Shown here in pieces: positions 27,995 through 37,211 of a stretch of 64,000 bases of DNA; within the stretch, counting starts at the first letter, position 1; each line of letters starts with the position of its first letter. The notes below the pieces were generated by a model, which worked only from the letters and a program-made list of their open reading frames with translations, had not been told where the DNA came from and did not search any database. This DNA is from a virus. Its lineage: Duplodnaviria > Caudoviricetes. The DNA lies in the IMG/VR virus record IMGVR_UViG_3300042340_000394, positions 1 through 64,000 of that record. One strand, 5' to 3'. The translations under genes were made by a program, and so were the position numbers.

Positions 27995-28729
27995 TTACAC
28001 CGTCGCCGCCGATTTCTTCGCGAGGTTCGCGAGGCACTTCGGGCACGTCGCCGCTTCGACATTCTTCGCGACGTGGATTCTCGCGCCCGACAACGAAATG
28101 AGGCGCCGCCCACACGCCGCGAGCACGGGGTGCGAGCCGTGCGCGTGCACGAGCGCACCCTTCTTCTCGACCGTGGCGACCGCGGCGGGCGCCCACGTCT
28201 CGATCGCGCGGAGGCAGTGCATCGCGTCGCTGGCGATCGCGTCGCGCTTGTCCGTGAGTTCCCGCACGGCGACCTTGTGCAGCGCGGCGTACGACGGGAT
28301 GCGCGCGTTGGAATCTTCGTGAAGCGCCTCACCGTACCAGCGCAGCGGGCGCGTCTCGCCCTCGCCGTGTTGAACACGAACCTCGAACGCTCCCCACTCG
28401 CGCTCCTCGCGGCCATACCCGACGGTAACGCAACCCGTGTATTTGATCGGCGGGTTCGCCGCCAGCGCGTCGATGCGCGTGCCAGTGGCGAGTGCCATCG
28501 GCAGGAGCACCTCCGCGACGAACGCGATGGTGCAGTCGGGCGACACCTCGAACGGGAGGCGTGCGACGCCGAAGCACGGACCCGAGTGGTAGACGTTGCC
28601 GTACGAACCGACACGCCGCCCGCCGACTTCGCGCCACCCGTGGCGCAGAACGCGACCGTTCGCGTCGAGCGCCATCTTGCGGAAACAGGCGCCGCAGGTT
28701 CCCTTGACCGTTTTCTTCGTGGTGGTCAT
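27995..28729 (-). CDS. Zn-finger protein
   Basis: GTCGACF, HGW, GPCFG, PFEVSP and CPKC motifs. Confidence 0.75.
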   Translation of the reverse strand: MTTTKKTVKGTCGACFRKMALDANGRVLRHGWREVGGRRVGSYGNVYHSGPCFGVARLPFEVSPDCTIAFVAEVLLPMALATGTRIDALAANPPIKYTGCVTVGYGREEREWGAFEVRVQHGEGETRPLRWYGEALHEDSNARIPSYAALHKVAVRELTDKRDAIASDAMHCLRAIETWAPAAVATVEKKGALVHAHGSHPVLAACGRRLISLSGARIHVAKNVEAATCPKCLANLAKKSAATV

Positions 28730-28866
28730 GCCCCTTCTACGTGGCGGGCGACGGCAACCTTACGGCGGGCCGTCGGTTTTCTCCCGCACGCTGCGAAACA
28801 AGGCGCTGCGAGAAAACCGACGGGTGACGTAAAGAACTCGGCGCCCCGTTGCGTAGAAGGGCCACC
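28730..28866. promoter_or_regulatory. Divergent pair of class I ECF-type promoters
   Basis: Both arms carry gagaaaaccgacg, then cGTAA(A)G, N17, CGTAGAAGG. Confidence 0.8.
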
Positions 28867-29457
28867 ATGAAGATCACGAAGGCAGAGGGCAAGACGCGAG
28901 AAAAACTGGCGGACAAGTGCGACGAGGCGCAGAACGCGCTCGCGAGCGCCATCGCCGAATACAACGTCGCGCTGGAGCGCACTGCCGCATACGCGGCTCG
29001 CATCATGCTTACGCCGCTCGACTTCTCCGACGACGAGCGTACCGAAATCGCGTTCGCCGTCTGCACCGCGGCGGATGCACACTCCGACGCGGTGAACGCG
29101 TACAACGACGTGATGACCGAGGCGAAGGAATTCGTCGAGGAGGTCGCCTCGCGTATGCGGGAGGTGTACGACGGGCGCTCCGAGAAGTGGCAGGAGGGCG
29201 ACAAGGGCCAGTCCGCGGACGCGTTCATCCAGACGTGGGAGGATTTCTCGCCCGACGAGGAGAGCGAACTCGACGGCAACGTCGCCGACGAGTTCGAGCG
29301 CCTCCCCGAACCGACGGGCGACGCGGAGTCCGACGTAGACGTCGACCGTGGCGGGTGGCGCGCGGCGTGGGAGGAGTTCGGCCCTTCCGAAGCCGACGAC
29401 CCCGCGGAGGAACTCGCGGACCTTCTGCGCGACCTCCCCGAAGAGAGCGACGAGTAG
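28867..29457 (+). CDS. Highly acidic protein
   Basis: D/E-rich C-terminal half. Confidence 0.75.
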   Translation: MKITKAEGKTREKLADKCDEAQNALASAIAEYNVALERTAAYAARIMLTPLDFSDDERTEIAFAVCTAADAHSDAVNAYNDVMTEAKEFVEEVASRMREVYDGRSEKWQEGDKGQSADAFIQTWEDFSPDEESELDGNVADEFERLPEPTGDAESDVDVDRGGWRAAWEEFGPSEADDPAEELADLLRDLPEESDE

Positions 29458-29495
29458 CCACCGCGCCCCCGATTGCCCACGGCGTCGGGGGCGTC

Positions 29496-29882
29496 GCAAT
29501 TCAACCGGGGCGACGTAAGGTCGCCGCGAGTCGAAGCGTACAAGAGGCACTATGAACACCGCCGAAGTTGTCCGAGTCGCAATCATGGAAATGTACGTCG
29601 AGACGGGACGAGCCGTGACGGCGGCGGAGGTCGCGACGCGATGCGGGATGACCAAGACGAAGGTCGCCCGCGCGCTGGTAGACTCGCAGCAGTTCGCGAT
29701 CGAAGGGGTGGAGATGACAGAGGAGTCGCGGCCCTCGTACTCTCGCAACTACCCGTGGATGGTAGTCGGCGAGCGCATGGTGCAAGTGTTCGCGCCGACT
29801 CGCGAGTCGCTGCGCGCGGAGTTGATCCGCGCCCGCGCAGCGCGGTGAACGAGCAATTCAATCGGGGCGACGTAAGGTCGCC
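29496..29882 (+). repeat. 30-bp direct repeat (29496-29525 and 29853-29882) containing class I -35 boxes
   Basis: gcaattcaa(c/t)cggggcgacgtaaggtcgcc, 29/30 identical. Confidence 0.9.
29552..29848 (+). CDS. Small HTH-like protein
   Basis: VTAAEVATRCGMTKTKVARAL; class I promoter. Confidence 0.6.
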   Translation: MNTAEVVRVAIMEMYVETGRAVTAAEVATRCGMTKTKVARALVDSQQFAIEGVEMTEESRPSYSRNYPWMVVGERMVQVFAPTRESLRAELIRARAAR

Positions 29883-29909
29883 TCGGCTGGCGACGTAGAA
29901 GGGGCCACC

Positions 29910-30128
29910 ATGAACACCGCGACCACCGAACCCGTCACCTACTCCGTGACCTTCTCCGCAGGATGGACCGCGGAGGCGAACGACGCGCTCGCCGCCATCG
30001 CGGAGCAGCCTCGCACACTCGAAGAAGTGCGCGATGCGTGCGACGAGTACAACGTGAGCGCGTCGCTGTACGACGCAGCGGGCTTCGGGCGCGGGTTCGT
30101 GCACCGCGCCGCGTACAGGCTCATTTGA
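29910..30128 (+). CDS. Hypothetical protein
   Basis: Class I promoter. Confidence 0.6.
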   Translation: MNTATTEPVTYSVTFSAGWTAEANDALAAIAEQPRTLEEVRDACDEYNVSASLYDAAGFGRGFVHRAAYRLI

Positions 30129-30144
30129 GCGCGAAGGGGCAACG

Positions 30145-30402
30145 ATGCGAACAGAACAAGAATACATGCGCGAGGCGTACGTCGCCTCGCAAGAGATCGC
30201 GCGCCGCGCGGTCGCCACCGCGGAGCGCATCGGCGCGGAACTCGCTGCCGCCCGCGCGGACTACCTCGCCGAACCCACGGCGATGAAACAAGCGGTGTGC
30301 TACGGGCTCACGCTCAAGCACGGTGCCGCGCTCGACACGGCGAGGAACACACGCGCGCTCGTCGAGCACTACCGCCTCGCACTCGAAGGAGAAAACTCGT
30401 GA
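30145..30402 (+). CDS. Hypothetical protein
   Basis: AAGGGG ribosome-binding site; operon context. Confidence 0.55.
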   Translation: MRTEQEYMREAYVASQEIARRAVATAERIGAELAAARADYLAEPTAMKQAVCYGLTLKHGAALDTARNTRALVEHYRLALEGENS

Positions 30403-30741
30403 ACAAGACTCGTCGTCGTCTCCAGAAGGCCCGCCGTCGCGGCGAGAAGGCCAACGCATGGTTCCGCGGGTTCCAGAAGCGCCACGCATCGTTCGCGCGA
30501 GACCTCGACGCGCTGGCGATCGCAACCGCAGGGAGCGCGCTGTGAACAAGCGCCGCCGCCACGTTCAGAAGCAGCGCGCCCGTGCGCAGAAGCGCATCGT
30601 CGCCGAGACGCGGCGCCGACTGCGCAACCTCGTGCCGGTGAAGCGTGATGGGATTTCGTCGTTCGACGAGGCTGCGATCAGGTGGTACGGAGCGATCGTC
30701 GGATCGTGTTTCGTCCGCACCGGGTCGATGCTCGAACGCCG

Positions 30742-31530
30742 CTAGCCCGCCATCGCTTCGGCGAGCTTCGCACGGATGCGGTTGATCTTCACGTCGACCG
30801 TCCCCGGCGCGATGCCCACGCGGGCCGCGATTTCCTTGGACGGCAGTTCCTCGACGAAGCGCAGCACAGCGAGTTCCTTCTCCGGGTCGCTCAGGTGCCG
30901 CATCACCGACGCGAGTTCCGCGCGCGACGCCGTGCGCATGAACGCATCGGGCGAAGCGTCGGCGAACTCCCGCACGCCCGAGTCGTCGTCGTCGCCCATC
31001 GGCGTGTCGAGGGACGAGGTGCGGCGCCGCTTGCCACCGCGAACGTAGTCCCATGCGGCGTTGCCCGCAATCATGTGCACGAACGAGCCGAGCTTCTGCC
31101 CCCTCGCAGCATCCCACGCACGCAGTTTGTGAAGATCGTTCGCGAGGAGGCTCGCGTACACGTTCCCCTTGATCTCGGCCACCGCGTCGGAGGCGTTGCG
31201 ACCCTTGCTCACGACCTTGTCGGCCGCGCTGGCGATCAGCTTGTCGTACCGCTTGTGGAACTCACGCCATGCGCCCGCGTCGAGGGAGAGCATCGCATCG
31301 CGGAGGGTCACCTCGCTCGCGGTGCCCCAGTCGGGGTTGCGGTGGGCCTTGCGGCGCCCCACGGGGCCACGGGAGAGCGCCGCCACGCGAGTGACGTGCC
31401 CGCGCCCGTCGATCACGCGCGCGGTCTTGCTGCGGTGAATGCGGGCGAGGAGCGACGCCTCAAGGGCGGCGGTGGCGTAGTGGCGGTGGGAAACTGCGGA
31501 AACGTGGCGTCCGATCGCGGCGGTGTACAT
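30742..31530 (-). CDS. ECF sigma factor with an N-terminal extension ending in RRKAHRNP
   Basis: Region 2 AWREFHKRY...LRAWDAARG...IAGNAAWDYVR; region 4 LPSKEIAARVGIAPGTVDVKINRIRAKL. Confidence 0.88.
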   Translation of the reverse strand: MYTAAIGRHVSAVSHRHYATAALEASLLARIHRSKTARVIDGRGHVTRVAALSRGPVGRRKAHRNPDWGTASEVTLRDAMLSLDAGAWREFHKRYDKLIASAADKVVSKGRNASDAVAEIKGNVYASLLANDLHKLRAWDAARGQKLGSFVHMIAGNAAWDYVRGGKRRRTSSLDTPMGDDDDSGVREFADASPDAFMRTASRAELASVMRHLSDPEKELAVLRFVEELPSKEIAARVGIAPGTVDVKINRIRAKLAEAMAG

Positions 31531-31565
31531 CCCGCGAAAATGCCCGCAAACGTCCGCGATGGCAA
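31531..31565 (-). promoter_or_regulatory. Class II leaderless promoter of the ECF sigma gene
   Basis: TTGCCA-tcgcggacgtttgcggg-CATTTT-cgcggg-ATG. Confidence 0.65.
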
Positions 31566-31568
31566 GGG

Positions 31569-32234
31569 CTACGTGGGCGGGAACCTGAGCGCCAGCGTCG
31601 AGTTGAGGTTGCGGAGCACCCCGAGCGTGCCGACTTCGGGCACACGTCCGTCGGGCCGTCGGGCGCCGATCACGTAGTCGCAGGCGCGGTCGATCAACTC
31701 GCGTACCGAGTCGGGCGTCGTGCGGAACCAGAACTCGCGCGCATCGTCGGCGGTGAGCGCGACGGCCCGGTTGAAGCGGGCGAACGCGGGCGACTTCGCG
31801 AGGCGAGAGACGGCGAGGATATCGCGTTCGGCGAACGCCTTCGGGGCGATGGCAGGCTCGGGCGGCTTCGGTCGCGAGGATCGCTTCTGCGAAGCCTTGC
31901 GCTCGCGGTTGCGCACCTCGCGCCCCCGCACGTCGAGGTCGATCGCGTGGTTGCGACCCGCCTTCGTCACGCGGAACGTTCCCGGCGCGGGGCGCTCGAA
32001 CCACCGGAGACCGACGAGGCCGTCCTTGCCGCAGAGCCTCGCGATCACCGCGTTCGAGTCGGGGTAAGGGTGTGCTCCGAGTGAGAACGACTCGGGGTAA
32101 CGCTTCCACGCGCACACGACGAGGGTGTCCGTATCGAACGTTTCGGCTTCGAGGGTGATCGCGGCGAGGAGGATCTTCTCGCGAACGTTGAGCTTCTCCG
32201 CGGGCGGAGCGACGATGGTGGCGTGCGTGGGCAT
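31569..32234 (-). CDS. Winged-helix-like hypothetical protein
   Basis: AWKRYPESFSL...YPDSN; FRVTKAG. Confidence 0.6.
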   Translation of the reverse strand: MPTHATIVAPPAEKLNVREKILLAAITLEAETFDTDTLVVCAWKRYPESFSLGAHPYPDSNAVIARLCGKDGLVGLRWFERPAPGTFRVTKAGRNHAIDLDVRGREVRNRERKASQKRSSRPKPPEPAIAPKAFAERDILAVSRLAKSPAFARFNRAVALTADDAREFWFRTTPDSVRELIDRACDYVIGARRPDGRVPEVGTLGVLRNLNSTLALRFPPT

Positions 32235-32267
32235 CGCGAGAGTATACGCTCCCGCGCAGTCGCGTAT

Positions 32268-32645
32268 TCAGCGTCGCTTCGACTGGCACCCGTCGCACCA
32301 GTCACGGGTGTTCGCTGCGTCGCGCTTCGCGACCTTGAGCGTCTCGTCGGCGAGTGTGTTCGAGTGCGTTTCACACACCACGACGTACTTCGTGTCGGCG
32401 TCAACGCCTTGCTCGCTCGCGAGGTACACCGACCCGACTGCGCCCGTCTCACGGTCCGTCGTGCGGTAGAGCAGCCCCGCGGGTTCGTTCTGCACGGCCT
32501 TGACGCGCTTGCGTTGTGCGGGCGTCGCCTTCGCGAGCAGTTCGATGGCGACCGGCAACTTGAGCACCGCGGCGCCGTGCTTGCGAACGGCGGTGAGCAA
32601 CCGGCGCATCGTGTCCGCACTGAGTCCCTTAGTGGCAGTTTTCAC
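32268..32645 (-). CDS. Hypothetical Zn-binding protein
   Basis: CETH...WCDGC; class II promoter before GTG. Confidence 0.55.
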   Translation of the reverse strand: MKTATKGLSADTMRRLLTAVRKHGAAVLKLPVAIELLAKATPAQRKRVKAVQNEPAGLLYRTTDRETGAVGSVYLASEQGVDADTKYVVVCETHSNTLADETLKVAKRDAANTRDWCDGCQSKRR

Positions 32646-32695
32646 GCCGCGCAGGCTATCACGCGAGGCGGGCTCCCGAAATAGTTTCGTCGGCC

Positions 32696-32730
32696 CGTAA
32701 GGTTCGGTCGCCACGAGGCGTAGAAGGGGC
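32696..32730 (+). promoter_or_regulatory. Class I ECF-type promoter (consensus example)
   Basis: cGTAAG-gttcggtcgccacgagg-CGTAGAAGgggcATG. Confidence 0.8.
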
Positions 32731-33018
32731 ATGGCAACCACGAGCACCGAGAAGCCCGTCCCCTCCCCCTTCAGCGGCGCGAACTACTCGAAGAACGAAG
32801 GCAAGTGCGGCGACGACGCGACGCCGTGCGTGATTTGCGGCAAGCCCGTCAAGAACTCCTCGCCCGCGAAGTTCGCGGAGGTCGCCGACGGCGGCAATCG
32901 CTTCGTCCCGATCGGCGAGAAGGCCGACGAGAACGACGATGGCTACATGGGGTTCTACCCCGTCGGGAGTGAGTGTGCGCGGCTGTTCCCCGCGGGCTAC
33001 CTGCACAACCCGAAGTGA
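32731..33018 (+). CDS. Small Zn-finger protein
   Basis: CVICGK...GSEC. Confidence 0.7.
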   Translation: MATTSTEKPVPSPFSGANYSKNEGKCGDDATPCVICGKPVKNSSPAKFAEVADGGNRFVPIGEKADENDDGYMGFYPVGSECARLFPAGYLHNPK

Positions 33019-33075
33019 TCGCATCGAGCGATTGACGCCCGACTACAAATCGGGCAACGCCGCGCGGAGGAAACG

Positions 33076-33399
33076 ATGGGCATTCTCAAGTCCGAAGCAC
33101 TCCATTACGTCGCGCGGGCGCTGCGTGACGGGATGGTGATTGTCACCGACGAACTCACCGCGGGGCCGATGGGCAACGCGACCGGCACGGGGCCGGAGTT
33201 CAAGATCCACGTCGATGAGGCGTTCCCGAACGGTATGCCGAAGGGGACGTACCCATTCTTCGACGCGCGCGACGCGGCGATGGTCGTGGTCGACCGCTAC
33301 GGTCGCGGCAAGGCGCGGCTTCTCGTGGTCAACGCTTACGAGCGCAAGGGGCTCCGGGCGCCCGACTACGTTCGCGAGAAGAAGCGCCGCACGCGCTAG
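33076..33399 (+). CDS. Hypothetical protein with a basic tail
   Basis: GGAGG ribosome-binding site. Confidence 0.65.
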   Translation: MGILKSEALHYVARALRDGMVIVTDELTAGPMGNATGTGPEFKIHVDEAFPNGMPKGTYPFFDARDAAMVVVDRYGRGKARLLVVNAYERKGLRAPDYVREKKRRTR

Positions 33400-33439
33400 G
33401 CCATTCCCCTCGCCCCGCGGAGTGGTGTACGCTCGCCGC

Positions 33440-34468
33440 GTGCCCCGCCCTCGCCGACAACGCCACGACGCCTCCCCGCAGCGCGAACTCCCCTTCGCCG
33501 CTACCCCTCGCGCTCGCGGCTCGTGGCACTCCGTCGAGTTGCCCGATGCTCGCGTGTTCGGCGGCGATGCGACGGAGCGCATCCCGCTCACGCCCGCCCT
33601 CGTCGAAGCGTTCCGCCGCGCGTACCTCGCCGCCATCACCGCCGCACGCAACGCGGGCGACTACCGCGAGGCGCTCCGTGCACGCGACACGCTAGCGGAA
33701 CTCGCGGCGACCTACGGCGCCTACCTCCGCGGACTGCGCGCGGGCCTCGACGCTGCGGGCATCGCACCGAAGGCGGTCGCCTCGTTCGTCGCGAAGGTCT
33801 CGCTCGCGCCCGGTGTGTTCTCCCCGCCGATCGAGGAGCGGAGCCTCGCCGCGTGGCAACGCGATGCGTTCCAGACGTTCACACGGCGCCGTGGCGAGTG
33901 GGAGCGCGCGGCGTGGTCGCGGGCGCAAGTGGCGTTCGCGGACCTTGCGTCGCTCGCGTCGAGTCGCCCCGTCACCCTGTACGTTGCTCGCGCGGAACGG
34001 GTCGTCGTCGAGGGCGTGAGCGTCGGCTTGCGACCGATGGCGGAGCGCACCGCGGCGCGGGCGCTCGACGTGCTCGCGGAGGCGCTGCGGCTGCTCCGGG
34101 TGCAGCGGCGCGTGCCGTGGCTCCTCGCGAGGATGCCGCCGCTCGTGCTCACCGTGGAGTGCGTTTCCGACGGCGTGCGGGTGGCGGGTGGCTACGAGCC
34201 GTCGAGGCGCACCGTCGAGGTGTGCGCGTCGCTCGCAGCGGACGAGACGCCGCGGGAACTTGCGCGAACGCTCGCCCACGAGGCGGGGCACCACGTATGG
34301 CGAACGTCGCTCTCCGGGGCTGCGCAGGCCGCGTGGGAAGCGTTCCGCAAGGGCGGGCACTGGATCAGCGACTACGCGCAGAAGAACGCAGAAGAGGCGT
34401 TCTGCGAGGCGCTAGGGTTGCTCGCGGCCTATGGCCCGCGGGCCGTCGGTGCGGAGGTCGCCGCGTAA
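33440..34468 (+). CDS. Zincin-type metallopeptidase domain protein; 3' end abuts the IscB element
   Basis: LAHEAGHHVW...ISDYAQKNAEEAFCE. Confidence 0.7.
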   Translation: MPRPRRQRHDASPQRELPFAATPRARGSWHSVELPDARVFGGDATERIPLTPALVEAFRRAYLAAITAARNAGDYREALRARDTLAELAATYGAYLRGLRAGLDAAGIAPKAVASFVAKVSLAPGVFSPPIEERSLAAWQRDAFQTFTRRRGEWERAAWSRAQVAFADLASLASSRPVTLYVARAERVVVEGVSVGLRPMAERTAARALDVLAEALRLLRVQRRVPWLLARMPPLVLTVECVSDGVRVAGGYEPSRRTVEVCASLAADETPRELARTLAHEAGHHVWRTSLSGAAQAAWEAFRKGGHWISDYAQKNAEEAFCEALGLLAAYGPRAVGAEVAA

Positions 34469-34777
34469 ACGACCTCATCCTGAAGGGTGAGGCTTTCTAA
34501 GGAGACTGAGAAAGCCCATGTTTACCAGTGTTAGCGAGGGTAGGGTTGGCAACCCGTTCGAGCCTCGCTACGTCGATCGGAACGCTTGCCTCGGGCAACG
34601 TACGGATGCTTCCTCAGTCCGTACCCACTTGCAGTGCGTGCAGTAGTCACGTCGGGTCAGACAGAAACGGGTGCGCACATGGGCGACGATCGACATTCAC
34701 GAGGGGAGCACCGCGGGGGAGCCACTCCGCGGTCGTCACGACAAGGCCGCAAGGCCCCAACTGAGGCGGTAACGCCA
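34465..34777 (+). ncRNA. omegaRNA scaffold, copy 1
   Basis: Non-coding region of about 310 nt upstream of iscB, near-identical to copy 2, with compensatory hairpin changes. Confidence 0.85.
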
Positions 34778-36145
34778 ATGATCGAGAAGAATCGTTCCGA
34801 AGAAGCGTGGGTTCCGGTGCTGGACAAGCGTGGCGTCCCGCTGATGCCGTGCCATCCCGCGCGAGCGCGTCAGATGCTTCGTGCGGGGCGTGCCGTGGTG
34901 GCGCACCACACGCCGTTCGTGATCCGACTCAAGGATCGCGTGGGCGGCGACGTTCAACCCGTCCGCGTCTGCGAAGATCCCGGCAGCAAGACCACGGGCA
35001 TCGCCGTGGTCCGCGAGATTCCCGCCGCCAGCGACGGCGATGGCCCGACCCGCGTCGTGCTGTTCAAGATGGAACTCGCGCACCGCGGCGCCGACGTCCA
35101 CAAGCAGATGGGGCAACGTTCGGCGAACCGCAAGCGCCGTCGCAGCGCGAACACGCGCTACCGTGAGCGACGGTACAGCAACCGCGCATCGTCGCGCCGC
35201 AAGGGTCGCCTTGCACCTTCGCTGCGTACGCGCCTCGACACGACGCTTTCGTGGACGCGGCGCCTCATGCGCTGGTATCCCGTCGCCGCCGTGAGCGTCG
35301 AGCGCGTTCGCTTCGACACGCAACTCATGGAGAACCCGGAGATCAGCGGCGTGGAGTACCAGCAAGGCACCCTCGCCGGATACGAGACGCGCGAGTACGT
35401 TCTGGAGAAGTGGGGCCGCTCGTGCGCCTACTGCGACGCGGGGAACGTGCCGCTCAACCTCGATCACGTCGTCCCGCGAGTGAGCGGCGGGAGCAATCGT
35501 CCGAGTAACCTCGTGCCCGCGTGTGTGCCCTGCAACCAGAAGAAGGGCGCGCAATCACTGACGACGTTCCTCAAGCGCGACCCGAAGCGTGCGGCACGCA
35601 TTCTCGCGGGGCTCAAGAAGCCCCTGCGGGACGCGGCGGCGATGAACTCGACGCGATGGGCGCTGGATCGTGAACTGCGGGCGCTCGGGGTGCCCGTCGA
35701 GGCAGCATCGGGCGGGCGAACGAAGTGGAACCGCCACCGCTTCAACGTTCCGAAGACGCACGCCAACGACGCCGTGTGCGTGGGAAACGTCGGCGGCGTG
35801 ATCGGCGCCGACACGCAGACGCTATACGTGGAGTGCATGGGGCGCGGCACGTATCAACGCCAACACTCGAACGCCTATGGTTTCCCTCGTGGCGCTCCGA
35901 AGATGCGTGAGAAGCGCGTACGGGGCTTCGGCACGGGTGATATCGTGCGCGCCGTGATGCCGAAGGGAAAACACGCCGGTATGCACGTCGGACGTGCCGC
36001 AGTCCGCGCGAAAGGTCAATTCGCGGTCTATGCGCAGGGCAAGAGGATCGACGTGATTTGGAAACACTGCCGCGTGTTGCAGCGCGCCGATGGCTACCGC
36101 TACGCGTGGCGCGAGGAGAAAAACGATGCGGTTACTAACCGATAG
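34778..36145 (+). CDS. iscB: RNA-guided endonuclease IscB
   Basis: PLMP, RuvC-I DPGSKTTG, Arg-rich bridge helix, RuvC-II ERVRFD, HNH (CAYC...DHVVP...N...CVPCN), RuvC-III THANDA. Confidence 0.95.
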   Translation: MIEKNRSEEAWVPVLDKRGVPLMPCHPARARQMLRAGRAVVAHHTPFVIRLKDRVGGDVQPVRVCEDPGSKTTGIAVVREIPAASDGDGPTRVVLFKMELAHRGADVHKQMGQRSANRKRRRSANTRYRERRYSNRASSRRKGRLAPSLRTRLDTTLSWTRRLMRWYPVAAVSVERVRFDTQLMENPEISGVEYQQGTLAGYETREYVLEKWGRSCAYCDAGNVPLNLDHVVPRVSGGSNRPSNLVPACVPCNQKKGAQSLTTFLKRDPKRAARILAGLKKPLRDAAAMNSTRWALDRELRALGVPVEAASGGRTKWNRHRFNVPKTHANDAVCVGNVGGVIGADTQTLYVECMGRGTYQRQHSNAYGFPRGAPKMREKRVRGFGTGDIVRAVMPKGKHAGMHVGRAAVRAKGQFAVYAQGKRIDVIWKHCRVLQRADGYRYAWREEKNDAVTNR

Positions 36146-36281
36146 GCGCTTCCCCACCGCCATGAATGGCTGTGCACCCGCGCTGGCAAGTCATGACGAC
36201 CACCGCCGCGTGGTTGCAGACCGTCGTGCCGACCGTGCGGACGTACGCGAACGGGCGGCGGGCAATGAAGGGTAAACGACG

Positions 36282-37211
36282 ATGAAATCGCGTAGGCACG
36301 AGGGCGCATTGAGCATCACGTCGCTTCGCGGGGCGAGAATCGCCGTCGATGTTCGCGATGGTCGCACGACCGTATCCGTCGGAGTTCCGCGTCACGGGTG
36401 CGCCAGCGTCGGCCACACAACGCTGCGCGACAACGCATGGGAGTCGCTGCGGGCACTCGCGCGATCATTGATCGCGGACGGCATCAAGGTGAAGTTCGGG
36501 CGCGAAGAAGCCACGGGGCAGCGCCGCGCGAACAGTCCCGAGTCGATCATCGTCGCAGCGGAACTCGATGCAGCGATCGTCGCGGAGCGACTCGCGGGTC
36601 GCTTCGATGCTGCGGTGGAGCGGGTGGCCCGCTCGATCGCAACGCCCATCCCGCGGGCGCAGTCGGTTCCGCTCGAAGAGGTTGTCGAGGAGGCGCGGAG
36701 GCAGGAGCAGTTCCAGTTGCCGCGACGCTTCGGGATGTACGAAGGTCGCCCACCGCAGACGCAGGAGTCGGCAGCGAAGATGGCGCGCGGAACCACGCGC
36801 ATCATCGAACGCGACGGGCGCGAAGGCGGCGGCTACGTGCTCGTGAACGTGCCGATCGACTGGTTGCACACGTCATCGTCACACGTCGACCCCGACCGGC
36901 AATCGAGGCAGGGGACCATCGGCGGGACGGCGGACCCCGCGTTCTCGACGAGTTACTACGGGCACGCGAGCGGCATGAGCGCAAGCGACGCGGCAGGGCC
37001 GTGTCTCGGTCTGGAGAACGGCAACAACCGCGTGTTCTTCGCGCGAGCGCATGGGCGTTCCAGTTACCCGGTGTTCGTCGTGCGATCGGCGTGGGAGCGA
37101 CTGGTGCGTGAGGTGCGGGACGCCCGACGTTCGGCGAGCGATGCGCCGTGCGAGACGCGCAAGTCGTCGCCGAACGGACGGCGGGCGATGAAGCGCCGCC
37201 GACGGCGCTAG
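36282..37211 (+). CDS. Hypothetical protein with a basic C-terminal tail (SPNGRRAMKRRRRR)
   Basis: LENGNNRV resembles a ParB/Srx-like motif (weak). Confidence 0.6.
   Translation: MKSRRHEGALSITSLRGARIAVDVRDGRTTVSVGVPRHGCASVGHTTLRDNAWESLRALARSLIADGIKVKFGREEATGQRRANSPESIIVAAELDAAIVAERLAGRFDAAVERVARSIATPIPRAQSVPLEEVVEEARRQEQFQLPRRFGMYEGRPPQTQESAAKMARGTTRIIERDGREGGGYVLVNVPIDWLHTSSSHVDPDRQSRQGTIGGTADPAFSTSYYGHASGMSASDAAGPCLGLENGNNRVFFARAHGRSSYPVFVVRSAWERLVREVRDARRSASDAPCETRKSSPNGRRAMKRRRRR

Larger units (their letters stand above)
34465..36195 (+). mobile_element. Non-autonomous IS200/IS605-superfamily IscB element, copy 1
   Basis: Left hairpin cctcatcc-tgaa-gggtgagg, omegaRNA, iscB and a right subterminal hairpin. 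No tnpA in the window. The right end is approximate. Confidence 0.85.
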
